A model generated the notes under the pieces. That model ran no database searches, was not told the DNA's origin, and worked only from the letters and a program-made list of their open reading frames with translations. From positions 1,024,001 through 1,088,000 of the forward strand of contig CBDCYI010000004.1 of assembly GCA_965224085.1 (NCBI GenBank): a stretch of 64,000 bases of DNA, given 5' to 3'. The DNA is from Candidatus Marinacidobacterales bacterium. GTDB lineage: Bacteria; Acidobacteriota; Vicinamibacteria; Marinacidobacterales; SMYC01. Below, piece after piece: positions 19,568-30,684 of the stretch. Within the stretch, counting starts at the first letter, position 1. Each line of letters begins with the position of its first letter. The position numbers and the translations under genes are program-made.

Positions 19568-21037
19568 TCAATAATCGAGGAGCGCCCGTGCCATCTCGTC
19601 TTCGACGTAATCCGCGCGATACTGCCTTCCGATCCCGTTCGTGATAACGGAGAACACGAGCGGCCCACGGCTATCGGAGAATGCGAAGCCGGAGAGCGAA
19701 CTGACGTTGGCCAAGCTCCCAGTCTTGGCTATGATACGGCCCATGTGTTTCTCGTTCAAGAAGCGCTTCCGGAGCGTGCCGTCGACCCCCCCGAGAGCGA
19801 GAGTGCAGATGAAGTCTGTACGCATCTCCGGCGCCCTGTAGACCTCTTGGAGGACCTGTACGAGGATACTCGCGCTGACGTTGTTGTCGTAGGAAAGGCC
19901 CGATCCGTCATCGATGCGAAAGTCTTTCTGGCTGAAGCCGAGACCGACGAGATACTCGCCGACCGCGCGCGCCCCCGACTCGAAGCTTCCCGGAGCACCC
20001 CAGCGATGCGCGCCGAGCGCTTTCAACATTTGCTCAGCGGAGAAGTTGTTGCTGTATTTGCCAAGGGCTCCCAACACTTCGACAAGGCGTGCCGAGCGGT
20101 GAACGTAGAGAGGCTTGACGTCCTTCTGTCCGACAAGGCCTTCAATGAGTTGACCGCGCACGAGGATACCTTTTTCTCTGAGTTTGCCGACGAAGGCGGC
20201 GGCGAAATACTGCGTCGGGTCGGGTGCAATGAAGCTTCCGACGCTCTCTTCTTCGTCGCCTTGGATCACACGGCCGCGCACGATCACGCGATCGCGGCGA
20301 AGCTTCTGCACCCGCGTCCAGGGGCGGCCACTAGTCGCGGTGGTGACGCGATTGAGGACGTCGAAATAGCCGTAGCCTTCGTCGTGAAGCTCTGCGCGCG
20401 AGCCGGCATGGCTCGGCGTCAAGCGAAGCTCGACGAGATTGAAGTTGTAAGAAAGTGCGCTTTGGATTGGAAGACCCTTTTTCAAGATGTTGTCGTACGA
20501 AGCGGGGCCTCGAAGTTGATCGTCGAAGAAGCTATCGTCGACAACGATGTCCCCTCGGATTTCCTTGAGGCCGCGTGCAGCGAGCTGACGGGCGAGGTAG
20601 TCCATCTCGTACCGCGTCAGCGAAGGGTCGCCGCTTCCCCGGATATATAGATTTCCGTGGACGACGCCGTCTTCGAGGGGTCCGTCGACGAGAAACGTCG
20701 TTTCGAAGCGATAGTTCGGCCCTAGATAGTGAAGGCTTGCCCCCATGATCGCGAGCTTCATACCAGAAGCGGGGATGAAGCGTTTTGTGGGGTTGTGGGC
20801 GTAGAGCGTCTCACCTGTCGTCAGATCGACGACTTTGACGCCAATCGCGCGTCGAAGACGAAAGCTTCGGCGCAGTCGATCGAGTCGCTTCGCCACAGGG
20901 TTGTCGAAGTCGTTGGCGGGAGCGAGAGCTGGGAGTGCGAGGAGCAAAGCGAGACCAGCTAGAAATATGCGTAATCGAACCAAATCAATCTTTCTCCGAT
21001 GTTTTTGCCCTTTCCCGCCAATGATACCCCGACTCAT
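19568..21037 (-). CDS. dacB: D-Ala-D-Ala carboxypeptidase/endopeptidase (PBP4, peptidase S13)
   Basis: PASGMK (SxxK), GSGDP, SNN, DGSGLS, AKTG. Confidence 0.93.
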   Translation of the reverse strand: MSRGIIGGKGQKHRRKIDLVRLRIFLAGLALLLALPALAPANDFDNPVAKRLDRLRRSFRLRRAIGVKVVDLTTGETLYAHNPTKRFIPASGMKLAIMGASLHYLGPNYRFETTFLVDGPLEDGVVHGNLYIRGSGDPSLTRYEMDYLARQLAARGLKEIRGDIVVDDSFFDDQLRGPASYDNILKKGLPIQSALSYNFNLVELRLTPSHAGSRAELHDEGYGYFDVLNRVTTATSGRPWTRVQKLRRDRVIVRGRVIQGDEEESVGSFIAPDPTQYFAAAFVGKLREKGILVRGQLIEGLVGQKDVKPLYVHRSARLVEVLGALGKYSNNFSAEQMLKALGAHRWGAPGSFESGARAVGEYLVGLGFSQKDFRIDDGSGLSYDNNVSASILVQVLQEVYRAPEMRTDFICTLALGGVDGTLRKRFLNEKHMGRIIAKTGSLANVSSLSGFAFSDSRGPLVFSVITNGIGRQYRADYVEDEMARALLDY

Positions 21038-21657
21038 TGGGACGGAACCAGGGTCAAGGCGGTGATGAAGCGCTCCTCGGTCAGCGAGCCCAGAAGCTCT
21101 ACGGAGTCGTTGATCACCAATTTGGGCACACTGGTCACAGCGTGGCGCCGTGCGAAATCCGGAAACTCGTTAATCTCCACGACTTCCGCGTCGACTTGGC
21201 GGCTTTCGACCGCCGCTTGGTGGGCCAGCCGGCTCACTCGGGGGCACATGGGTCACGTTTCTGTCGTGAAGACTCGGACATGAACGCGATGCGACAGCGC
21301 CTTCAGCTGGCTGCGCGCTGTAGCACTCAGCGCAGTCTGTCCACGCGAAACGTCCACGAGCGCTTCGATCAAACTCGGAAGCTCGTAACCCGCTGGAACG
21401 CCGAGAAAACGAACCTGACCCCGGGCCTTTCCGACGAGCCGGATCGTCGGAGCGAGTCCCGAAGTGGTGAGTCGCGTGCGAAGGTTGATCGTAGTCGACT
21501 GTGCTGTGATTTCCCGAAGCAGCTCCTCGCTTTGCTCGCAAGGCGTGCAGTTTCTTTCGCGCGCATGCCGATCGAGCTCGACGCGAACTGGGCTTTCGAG
21601 CTTGTTTGCGAGCTCCGTTCGGAGTCTTTCCTGGTCGGCCAGTGAGATGAGCGGCAT
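21034..21657 (-). CDS. Protein disulfide oxidoreductase (two thioredoxin folds); selenoprotein with UPMC motif
   Basis: CTPC in fold 1; GVPAGYELPSL; FTTET-TGA(21253-55)-PMCP continues in frame to FPDFARRHAVTSVPKLVIN; SECIS-like hairpin follows. Confidence 0.88.
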
Positions 21658-21714
21658 CGTTCGACATCTTATAGTATCCCCGACACAGAACACGGGAGGT
21701 TCGTTATGGCGGAG

Positions 21715-21931
21715 ATGGAGCTCACCGGAATTTCGTGGCGGCAACACGTTCCTCGGGAACATGACGGGAAACCCCGCGGTGACGATTCCGTGCGGCTTCA
21801 CGAAAGGGCCGCCGGTTCTCCCGCTTTCAATCATGTTCTATGGGCGACCGTTCGACGAAGCGACCATCTTGAAGCTCGCCCATGCTTACGAGCGCGCCAC
21901 GACGCGGCACGAGCGGCGGCCGCCTATTTGA
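21715..21931 (+). pseudogene. Amidase-signature family C-terminal fragment
   Basis: GNMTGNPAVTIPCGF...LPLSIMFYGRPFDEATILKLAHAYERAT. Confidence 0.75.
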
Positions 21932-22022
21932 TTTAACGGCGGGATGCGGCAAGAAATCGCCTCATGATGAACTTCCCCCGCAAAAAATGATAGCTGGTGC
22001 GAGGAGTTGATTAAAATGGGCC

Positions 22023-22585
22023 GTGCTATTGTCACAGACTTCTCCTGAATGGCTCGCGACCGCGCTCGCGGACATGGACGCGGTGCTGCTCGACCATGCA
22101 CATTGCGAAAAGAAAGCGGCTGCGTCGGCGATGTCTCTCGTCGCCGGCTATTCGTCTCGCGAGGAGCTGGTGCGCAAGATGAGCGCACTCGCCATCGAAG
22201 AGCTCCAGCACTTCCGTGCCGTCTACGAGCGCCTCGTCGAGCGCGGCCTTTCGCTAGGCCGTGACCCAGGCGACCCCTATGCTCAAAAGCTCATCGCCCT
22301 CGCGCGGCCGAGAGAGGGCCGCCTCACGGACCGTCTTCTGATCTTCGGCTTCATCGAAGCGCGCTCCTATGAGCGCCTCGAGCTTCTCGCCAAGAATCTA
22401 AGACCCCGGATCTCGCCCGCCTCTACACCGAGCTCAAAAACGCTGAGTCCCGCCACAGAAAGCTCTTCGTGAACCTCGCCTGCCGCTACGACGATGACGA
22501 CGCCGTCAGGCGCCGCATCACCGAGCTAGCCCAAGCCGAGGCCGAAATTGTCGCCAGCCTTCCGGTAGAGCCGCGAATTCACTAG
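22023..22585 (+). CDS. miaE: tRNA ms2i6A hydroxylase (frameshift ~22400)
   Basis: LLDHAHCEKKAA, EELQHF, IEARSYER; alternative frame gives LYTELKNAESRH...EPRIH-stop. Confidence 0.87.
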
Positions 22586-22658
22586 TGATTTGCTCCCCAC
22601 GACCCCCACCTCTAATATGGTGCGTCTTCTCTGGAGGGAGACGAACCGTGGAGAGTTC

Positions 22659-24797
22659 ATGAGTATGGAACAACGTTCGCTCTTAAAATTACTCGCGGCG
22701 TGGATCGTCGTTTCGTTTGTTGTCCATGTCCCTTTTCTCGGAGCCCAAGACCCAGAGCCCAGACAGGACGATCCCGAGAACGTGTCGCGTTCAGATCCCC
22801 GGCCCACGCTCACGGAATATGTTTTCGTCGAGGGTAGTCTTCCCTACGTACCAACGGCGAATACGATCGTTTCGAAACTGCCGCTCGCGCTCCGATGGAC
22901 CCCCAATAACGTCGGGATCGTGACGGCGCCGCTCTTCCGGGAGCAATATGACCGCGTCGTCAGCGAGGCGCTCGTCAACGTGAGCAACGTGAATATCCAG
23001 ACCCAGAACGGCGTGCACGACTTTTTCTACATCCGCGGCTTCGATTCACTGTCGAGCGGGCTCATGCTTACCGACGGGGCGGCAGAGCCGGAAGCGACCT
23101 TCTATCAGCTCTATAACGTCGAGCGCGTCGAGGTCCTCAAGGGGCCGGCCGGCTTCCTCTACGGGAGCAATCCCCTTGCAGGCACGGTCAATCTAGTGCG
23201 CAAGCAGCCGACGCCGACGAACGGTCTCGACTTCGGCGCCACCTTCGGCTCATACGACAACTATGAAGGGACCTTCGACTGGAACGCGAGTACGGCGGAC
23301 GGTTCGAAGTCCTTCCGCTTGAACGGGCTTTTTCGCGATCAAGGTAGCTACCGCGACGGCAAAGAAGGCCGCACGCTGGCGATCAATCCCGCCTTTTCCT
23401 GGCAGTTCGATGACACGGGCCGGATGAACGTGAACTTCGAATATCTCGGCGCCGACTTTACGCCCGATAGCGGCCTTCCCGTGCTCGGCGACAACGTCGC
23501 ATCCGTCGATCGGGAGACGAATTACCAATCGCCGCTCGATCGCTCGGAGCAAGACGTTCTGCGTTTTCAAGCGGACTTCGAGAAAGTGCTCTCGCCCTCG
23601 ATCACGATCCGCGACAAGTTCTACCGGCGCGATCTCGATTGGGTTAGCAACGGAACACTCTTCAACGGTATCGAGCCTATGGCGGGTCTCCTCGTGCGTA
23701 CTTTCCTCGAGCTCGACGATCGCCAAGCGCTCACCGGGAATCAGCTAGAAGCGATCTTCTCTTTTGACACCGGGGGGCTGCGGCACAGCCTGCTGACGGG
23801 ATTCGAGGTCACACATCTCACCGACGCGTTCACCCTGGACGTCAACTTGCTCGCCCCCGTCAACCCGCTCGACCCTAGAATCGGCATCGACTCCGCCCCA
23901 TTTCCACTTCCCGGCGCTGGCTTCGCCGGGGATGCGCGCAGTCTCGTCGCCGCGCCTTACGTCATCGACCAGCTCCAATTCGGCGAGAAGTTCCACGTCC
24001 TCATTGGAGGCCGCGTCGACAACATCGACTTCCAGGATCACGCGAGCGGCCGCGAGACGAACGACACCGAGTTCTCACCGATGGTCGGGCTACTCGCGGC
24101 GCCACAACCGGAGCTCTCCATCTACGCGAACTACTCGCGATCCTTTGCGCCTCCCTCGGCTCGCGCCTTCGGTGAGCTCATGCCCGAGCGCAGCACGCAA
24201 TACGAAGTGGGCGTGAAAAAGGGCTTTTCGAGCTTTGGCGCCGAAGCTACTTTGGCCGTCTATCAACTCGAGCGCGACAACATCGCCATTCCGGACGACA
24301 ATGGTTTTACCCAGCAAATCGGAAATCAGCGCTCGCGCGGCATCGAAGTCGATTTCGCTGCCGAGCCCGTGCGCGGCGCACGCGCTTTTGTCTCCTACGC
24401 GTTCAACGACTCCGAGCTCACCAATTTCGCCGAGTCGTTTCTCGTCTCCGTGAACCCGCCGATCGTGTTCGTCGTCGATCGCACGGGCAATCGTGCCGCG
24501 TTCGCACCGAAACATATTTTGAACTTCTGGTTGAGCAAAGACCTTTCCGAGGTTTGGGGGGTCGGCGGCGGCGGCCGGTTCGTGAGCGATCAATTCATTG
24601 CCGAGGACAACGCGTTTACCATCGATGGCGTGATGACGTTTGATGCGATGGTTTACTACGACTTCGGGATGGCGCGCTTGCGGCTGAACCTTCGGAATCT
24701 CACGAATCGCGAGTACTATCTGCGCGGCTTCGGTGCCGCCTCGGTCATCCCAGCGCCGCCTTTTACGGCTTATGTCGGCGTGGACTTTCGACTCTGA
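22659..24797 (+). CDS. TonB-dependent receptor (siderophore-receptor-like)
   Basis: IRGFD, NVERVEVLKGPAGFLYG, PERSTQYEVGVK, NLRNLTNREY, terminal VGVDFRL. Confidence 0.93.
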   Translation: MSMEQRSLLKLLAAWIVVSFVVHVPFLGAQDPEPRQDDPENVSRSDPRPTLTEYVFVEGSLPYVPTANTIVSKLPLALRWTPNNVGIVTAPLFREQYDRVVSEALVNVSNVNIQTQNGVHDFFYIRGFDSLSSGLMLTDGAAEPEATFYQLYNVERVEVLKGPAGFLYGSNPLAGTVNLVRKQPTPTNGLDFGATFGSYDNYEGTFDWNASTADGSKSFRLNGLFRDQGSYRDGKEGRTLAINPAFSWQFDDTGRMNVNFEYLGADFTPDSGLPVLGDNVASVDRETNYQSPLDRSEQDVLRFQADFEKVLSPSITIRDKFYRRDLDWVSNGTLFNGIEPMAGLLVRTFLELDDRQALTGNQLEAIFSFDTGGLRHSLLTGFEVTHLTDAFTLDVNLLAPVNPLDPRIGIDSAPFPLPGAGFAGDARSLVAAPYVIDQLQFGEKFHVLIGGRVDNIDFQDHASGRETNDTEFSPMVGLLAAPQPELSIYANYSRSFAPPSARAFGELMPERSTQYEVGVKKGFSSFGAEATLAVYQLERDNIAIPDDNGFTQQIGNQRSRGIEVDFAAEPVRGARAFVSYAFNDSELTNFAESFLVSVNPPIVFVVDRTGNRAAFAPKHILNFWLSKDLSEVWGVGGGGRFVSDQFIAEDNAFTIDGVMTFDAMVYYDFGMARLRLNLRNLTNREYYLRGFGAASVIPAPPFTAYVGVDFRL

Positions 24798-24818
24798 TTT
24801 GGGGCGTCCGATGAGAGC

Positions 24819-24847
24819 TTGCTTCGATCGTAGTGCGCCACTATCAT
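24819..24847 (+). promoter_or_regulatory. Sigma-70-type promoter, likely leaderless start at 24856
   Basis: TTGCTT-17 nt-TATCAT, 8 nt before ATG, no SD. Confidence 0.45.
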
Positions 24848-24855
24848 CTCCGCCG

Positions 24856-25866
24856 ATGCCTAAAAGAACTTTCTCGATACTCGCACTCGCGCTCATAGCA
24901 CTGCTGTTTCCGGCGTGTGGTGGCGGTGGCGGAGACGAAGATGTGGGCTCGGCTTCGAGTACGCGGAGCTCGCGTTTCATCAGCATCGGCACCGCGCCTC
25001 CCGGAGGCGCTTTTTTCGTTGTCGGCGGCGCGCTCGGTGAAGTGCTCAACCAATACGGACCGGGTTGGGAGGTCACCTCCGAAGCGACGAAGGGTTCGCA
25101 GGAGAACATCCGCCGTCTCGAATCGGGAGAACTCGACATCGCGCTTTCGAACGCGGCCATCACCTATTTCGCTGTGCGTGGCGAAGGGAGCTGGGAGAAA
25201 GCCTACGATCTGCTTTCCGTAATGACGCTCGCGCCGAACGTCGCGATGTTCGTAGCACCCCGGGGCTCGGGCGTCGTGTCGATTGCGGACATCCGCGGCA
25301 AACGCGCGGTCGTGGGTCCGGCGGGCGCCGGGTGGGAATCCTTCGTGCGACCGATCGTCGAGGCGCACGGTGTGACGTATGACGACTTCACGCCTCTCAA
25401 CAATACGCAAGCAGGTGCGGTCGATAACTTGGCGGACGGTTCTGCGGCGGCGGCGTTTCTGGGCGGAGCTGTTCCGACCGCATCGATCGTGCAAGCGTCC
25501 ACGTCACAAGACATCTTGCTCGTGCCCTTCGACAGGGAGGCACGGGCCGAGCTCGTCACCAACTATCCGTTCTTCTACGAGCGCACCGTCCCCGCGGGCA
25601 CCTATCGCGGCCAAGACGAGGACTATCACGGGCTCGACGTCGGCTCGATGCATCTCGTCGCCTCGGCGAAGGCGGACGAAAAGCTGATCTACCGGATCAC
25701 GAAAACCATCTACCAAAACCGCGAGAGCGTCACCGAGAAACATCCCGCCGGCAATTTCATCAACGCCGAGAATGCGGTACGGGATACCGGCGTCGAGTTC
25801 CACTCGGGCGCAATCCGCTTCTATCGCGAGATTGGGAACTGGCCCGAAACGGACGACGAAAGTTAA
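24856..25866 (+). CDS. TAXI-family TRAP solute-binding lipoprotein
   Basis: Lipobox-like FPAC; SIGTAPPGGAFF, ATKGSQENI, VPAGTYRGQ, FHSGAIRFYRE. Confidence 0.92.
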   Translation: MPKRTFSILALALIALLFPACGGGGGDEDVGSASSTRSSRFISIGTAPPGGAFFVVGGALGEVLNQYGPGWEVTSEATKGSQENIRRLESGELDIALSNAAITYFAVRGEGSWEKAYDLLSVMTLAPNVAMFVAPRGSGVVSIADIRGKRAVVGPAGAGWESFVRPIVEAHGVTYDDFTPLNNTQAGAVDNLADGSAAAAFLGGAVPTASIVQASTSQDILLVPFDREARAELVTNYPFFYERTVPAGTYRGQDEDYHGLDVGSMHLVASAKADEKLIYRITKTIYQNRESVTEKHPAGNFINAENAVRDTGVEFHSGAIRFYREIGNWPETDDES

Positions 25867-25873
25867 CCGCTCC

Positions 25874-27811
25874 ATGCCCAGCTCGATCCGCGGGCATCTT
25901 GTTCGAGTTCTCGGGATTGGTCTGTCCCTTTTCGTTCTCGCGGAAGTCAACTACGCCCAGCTCTCACCGCAATCGCAGCTGGCGATCTTTGCCCTCTTCG
26001 GCCTCGTTCTTTGCTTTCTCTTGTTTCCGATACGCTTCGAGCATAGGGCGGCGTGGCTCGTCGACGCGGTCTCGGGCCTCGCGGCCGCGTTCGTTTGTCT
26101 CTACGTCGTCGTGCAAACGGAGCCCGCGTTCCGCTCGCTATGGACCGGCGGCTTGTCGCTCGGCGATCGCGCGGGCGCTGAGTCGGCGCTCGATTACTTC
26201 GTCGGGGGCCTCGGTGTTCTCATCGTGCTCGACGCGACCCGGCGCTGCCTCGGATGGGCGATTCCTGTTCTCGCGTGCACGTTTCTGATCTACGCCCTTG
26301 GCGGCTCCTCGTTTCCCTCCTGGCTCTTCCCCCATCGCGGCTACTCGATCGAGCGCATCGTCGGCCAGACCTTTCTTCACAGCCAAGGTGTGTTCGGCGT
26401 CGCACTCAAGGTGATGTTCACCTACGTGTTCTTGTTCGTGCTGTTCGGGGCCTTTCTCGAGGCAACGGGTGCCACGAGCTTCATCGTCGATTACGCCAAG
26501 CGTCTTTTTCGCCGAAGCCCTGGTGGCGCGGCGAAAGTCGCAGTCTTGAGCAGTGGTCTCATGGGCTCGCTTTCCGGAAGCGCGGTCGCGAACACAGCGA
26601 CGACGGGAACGTTCACGATCCCTCTCATGCGCAGCATTGGCTTCCGCCCGCACATCGCGGCGGGCGTGACAGCGGCGGCGAGCTCCGGTGGCGCGCTCGT
26701 GCCGCCCGTTATGGGCGCGGGCGCCTACATGATGCTCGAACTCGTGACACCGCCGGTTACCTATTTACAGGTCATCCGCGCGGCGCTCATCCCGGCGTTC
26801 ATCTATTACCTCGCCCTCTTTTTGATCGTGCACTTCTATTCGCAGCGCATCGGCGCCGGCAACATCGAGCCGGACGTTGCACCTGTGCCCAAGAGCTCAG
26901 GCTTTCCCTACGAAGGGCTCGTTTTCGTCCTGACGCTAGGTACGCTTGTCGGGTTTCTCGTGGCGGGCTATACCGTGTTTCGATCGGTCAGCCTTGCGCT
27001 CGCGCTCGTGATCGTCCTGAGCTTTTTCAATGAGCGAACGCGTCTCGGCTGGCGATCGGTCGAAAAAGCATTCGTGAAAACGGCGAGAGGCGGCGTCCCT
27101 CTCGTGGCCGCGGCGGCGTCGGTCGGGATCATCCTCGGCGTGGTCACTTTGACCGGTGTCGGCACCAAGTTCCCGTCGACGATCCTGATGATTGCTGGCG
27201 AGAACCTGCTCCTCGCGCTGAGCCTCATCATGGTCGGGTCGATCGTCCTCGGCATGGGGTTGCCGTCCGCGGTCTGCTATCTCTTGATGGCCACGCTCAT
27301 CGGGCCTATCATCGGAAAGCTCGGGGTGGTGCCACTCGCCGCGCATTTTTTCATCTTCTATTTCGGGATGATGTCCATGGTGACCCCGCCGGTCGCACTC
27401 GCGGCCTATGCGGCAGCCTCCATTGCCGACTGCCATATCATGAGCGCAGCACTCGCCGCTTTTCGCTTCGCCCTCGTCGGGTTTACGCTCCCGTTCATGT
27501 TCGTCTTCCGCCCCGAGCTCCTGTTGTTGAGCGCGGATGGATCGGACGTGGGCTTCTTACCTCCCTTTCTGGCTTCGGCGATCGTCATCACCGGGATCGT
27601 ACCCCTGGCCGCGGGTATCGCTGGTTATTTCGGCGGAACGCTCTCGGCCGCCATGCGCGCCGTGCTCATCGTCGCGGCGGCGCTTCTGTTCTACCCCGGC
27701 CGCGATGCGAGCTTCGCGGGTGTCGGGTTGTCGATCGCGAACGCGGCAGGGTTCGTGCTCCTCCTTATCGTCATCGCCCGGCAGTTCGGGAGAAAGGAGA
27801 CCGTGCCATGA
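25874..27811 (+). CDS. TRAP transporter fused 4TM/12TM permease
   Basis: GGAAKVAVLSSGLMGSLSGSAVAN, ASSGGALVPPVMGAGA, LGMGLPS, VTPPVALAAY. Confidence 0.93.
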   Translation: MPSSIRGHLVRVLGIGLSLFVLAEVNYAQLSPQSQLAIFALFGLVLCFLLFPIRFEHRAAWLVDAVSGLAAAFVCLYVVVQTEPAFRSLWTGGLSLGDRAGAESALDYFVGGLGVLIVLDATRRCLGWAIPVLACTFLIYALGGSSFPSWLFPHRGYSIERIVGQTFLHSQGVFGVALKVMFTYVFLFVLFGAFLEATGATSFIVDYAKRLFRRSPGGAAKVAVLSSGLMGSLSGSAVANTATTGTFTIPLMRSIGFRPHIAAGVTAAASSGGALVPPVMGAGAYMMLELVTPPVTYLQVIRAALIPAFIYYLALFLIVHFYSQRIGAGNIEPDVAPVPKSSGFPYEGLVFVLTLGTLVGFLVAGYTVFRSVSLALALVIVLSFFNERTRLGWRSVEKAFVKTARGGVPLVAAAASVGIILGVVTLTGVGTKFPSTILMIAGENLLLALSLIMVGSIVLGMGLPSAVCYLLMATLIGPIIGKLGVVPLAAHFFIFYFGMMSMVTPPVALAAYAAASIADCHIMSAALAAFRFALVGFTLPFMFVFRPELLLLSADGSDVGFLPPFLASAIVITGIVPLAAGIAGYFGGTLSAAMRAVLIVAAALLFYPGRDASFAGVGLSIANAAGFVLLLIVIARQFGRKETVP

Positions 27812-29093
27812 AAAGGTTCGGCTTACTACTTGTCTTCGGCCGTCTTTCCCCAATACAATAAAGAAACTCGGCGTTCCTCAAGAACAGCTGGCCTTCGGAA
27901 ACGGCGACGGAGCTCAACGTGTAGCTCTCGAGATCGTTCTCGGCGATGACGCCGAACTCGGCTCCTGCCTTCATGACCGTCGTCACACCGTCTTCGTTCG
28001 TTACGTAGACCTTCCCGTCCGCGAGCACGGGCGATGAGCTGTAAGTTCCAGCCGCAATGCGCTGCGGGCCCCAAATGACCTCGCCGGACTTCGCATCGAG
28101 ACTGAACGTGACGCCCCGGTCGTTCACGACATAGAGATACTTGCCGTCCGTGACTGGCGTCGGAACGTCCGGACCATTGTTGAAGGACCACAGCAGATGG
28201 CTCGTCGTGATGTCGCCTCGGCCGCCCGCTTTGAGGGCGAGCATGGGGCGGACGCGGGTCGGCGCGTAGATGATGCCGTCCATGACGACCGGAGAGGCAA
28301 CGATGCGGTAGTTGCGATCGTTGTCCGGGTTGAGTCCATCGGCTCGCCAAAGCTCTTTGCCCGTCTGAAGGTCGTGGCCAGTCACAACGTCGCCGCCCGT
28401 CAGCACGATCTCGTACTTCCCGTCATATTCCAGAAGCGCGGGTGTGATGTAGGCGTCCGGGGATTCGCGGATGGCGTCTGTCAGCCGCTCGACCCGCCAG
28501 ACAGTCTTTCCCGTTGCAGCGTCAATGCGCAGGAGATAAGACGGCTCGTCGGTCTTCATGCCGTGTAGCACCGGCATGTAGAGTGCGCCTTGGAACAGAA
28601 GCGGCGACGATGCATAGCCCCAGTTGAGGCCGAACTTACCGTAGTCGGCGGGGATGTTACGCGACCAGAGCTCGTTGCCGTCGAAGTCGAAGGACTTCAA
28701 GATACCTGTCCCTGTCATCACCCAAACGTGCTTGCCATCCGTCACCGGCGACGGGGACGACATGTTCTGCTTTCGCTCACGGTGGTCGCCGCCGCTTAGA
28801 AAAGCCTTCCACTTCACCCGTCCGTCCTTGCGGTCGACCGCCCAAAGATGAAGCTCGCCTTCACCGGCCACGTTCAGGAAAACGGTCTCGCCCCAGACGA
28901 TGGGTGTCGCACCCGTACGGTCCGGCATGGGGATCCGCCACGAAACATTCTTCGTCGTGCTCCAATCGCTGGGAAGTCCGCGCTCGCCGCTAACACCGTC
29001 GCGCGTCGGGCCTCGCCAATGAGGCCAGTTCTCGGCGAAAGCGGAGCTAGCGAGTGTCGTGACGACTATGAGTAAGGATAATAGTGTCTTCAT
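27771..29093 (-). CDS. PQQ-like/BamB-like beta-propeller protein
   Basis: Signal peptide, [35 protein letters not shown]. Confidence 0.88.
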   Translation of the reverse strand: MKTLLSLLIVVTTLASSAFAENWPHWRGPTRDGVSGERGLPSDWSTTKNVSWRIPMPDRTGATPIVWGETVFLNVAGEGELHLWAVDRKDGRVKWKAFLSGGDHRERKQNMSSPSPVTDGKHVWVMTGTGILKSFDFDGNELWSRNIPADYGKFGLNWGYASSPLLFQGALYMPVLHGMKTDEPSYLLRIDAATGKTVWRVERLTDAIRESPDAYITPALLEYDGKYEIVLTGGDVVTGHDLQTGKELWRADGLNPDNDRNYRIVASPVVMDGIIYAPTRVRPMLALKAGGRGDITTSHLLWSFNNGPDVPTPVTDGKYLYVVNDRGVTFSLDAKSGEVIWGPQRIAAGTYSSSPVLADGKVYVTNEDGVTTVMKAGAEFGVIAENDLESYTLSSVAVSEGQLFLRNAEFLYCIGERRPKTSSKPNLFMARSPFSRTAGR

Positions 29094-29134
29094 TCGTTCG
29101 TGTACCTCCGGACCGCCTCGAGGAATATTAACGC

Positions 29135-30684
29135 TCATTCGGAGATCCCGTAAACATGCGTCAGCGTGCGAATGACAAGAAGTCCGTTCGAAGCCGCGGG
29201 CGTGGACAGCACTGTCCCGTCCACGGTGTTTTTAGCGAGAAGCTCGTACTCGTCTCCCGCGCGCACGACGAAGGTCTCCCCTTCCTCGTTGGTGAAGTAG
29301 AGTTGGGCGAGCTCGAGTGCCCCCACTGATAGTCCGGATCGTAGAACCAGCCTACGTTGAGGACTCCGATGTCTTTTCTCCAAAGAAGGTTTCCGTCGAC
29401 GTCGTAGCAAAGCAAGAGACCGACCGAGCCGAGCACGGCCACGACATGCTCACCGTCGGTCACTGGCGTCGCGTTGGCTTGGCTCGACTTGGAATGCCGC
29501 TTCGTTCCCGGTTCACCCTTGTGAAGCTCGCGCTCCCAGGCGATCGCGCCGTCTTTGGTGTTCAAGGCATATAGTAGCCAGCGATGTTCTGAGAGATCTT
29601 CGATAGGAGTGACGTCTCCGTAGAGGCCGGTCCGAAAGGTGTCGTTCCCGGCGCCGCTTACCGCGGTCAGAACAAAGATGCGCTCGCCCCAAATGACGGG
29701 GCTCGACACGCTGAAGCCGGGAAGCTCTGTTTTGAAACGGATGTGCTTCCCTGCTTCCGCATCCCACTCGATCGGTACCCCCTGCGCGTCAGCGATCCCG
29801 GATCGGTTTGGACCGCGGAAACCCGGCCACGGAGCGGCCGGAGCGCGTGCCACGGGGGCGACGTCTGTCGCGACGACGACGTTCGGGCGGTCGATGGGGG
29901 CCGCCTCTCCGCGTTCCTCGGACTCGTCGAGCGGGCGAAAGGCAGTCGACGTCTCGCCCTGGCGGAGGACGACGCGCTCAATCATGCCGCCACGGCCTCC
30001 AAAAAAGACTTCGGCGTCGCTGCCGACGACTTCAAAGTCATGCTCGCCCCTCGGGCGGAGCCGCGCTGAGAAATCTCCAGACACTACGAGGGCGCCGTCG
30101 CGCAGAGCAACCGTGACATAGCGCTGCTCGGATTCGTTCTCATAGCGGCCGACGAAGCGCTCGAGCTCTGCGCGCGAGAGCACGACGATGGCCGCGGGCG
30201 TACCTTCTTGAACGTCGGCGTCCGCTATCAGAGCGCGGAGGTCTCCCGCCGCAATCTCGAGAGCACGGTCATAGGCCGGGCGCGTCACGCCTCCCGTCGC
30301 GAGAGCGGCCTCGACGAGCGTACGGTCTTCGTTCGCGACGCCCAAACGCAGAACAGCGTCCGCGCCGGGCGAGCCGCGCGAGAGAAGAAACCGCGCGACG
30401 TCGAAATGCTTGCCGCTCAAAGCACGGCTGAGCGCGCTCATCTTGTAAAAGCTGTCTTCGATGTCGAGGCGCGCGTCGTGCTCCACGAGGAGCGTCACCA
30501 TGTCGAGGTCGCCTTTTTCCGCAGCGAAGAAAAGTGCGGTGGCGCCGTAGCGATTCCCCGCGTCGACGTCGATGCCTTGCTCGATGAGGGCCCGCGCTCT
30601 TTCGAGATCCCCTTGGCGCGCGGCCTCGTGAAGGTCCTCGCCGTTTTGGAACAGAAGAAGCGCCAGGAGCCATGCCATGCTCAC
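29135..30684 (-). CDS. Ankyrin repeats + linker domain + beta-propeller (internal deletion/frameshift ~29310)
   Basis: LHEAARQGD, GATALFFAAEKG; PWPGFRGP; jumps from WGHSSSP to the last blade LYFTNEEG...STPA..NG.L.IRT. Confidence 0.78.

Noticed and set aside
19208-20650. Long antisense ORFs (also 31895-33160, 52479-53684, 37214-38431, 24090-25163)
   Set aside because: Shadows of well-supported genes in GC-rich DNA; no recognisable motifs
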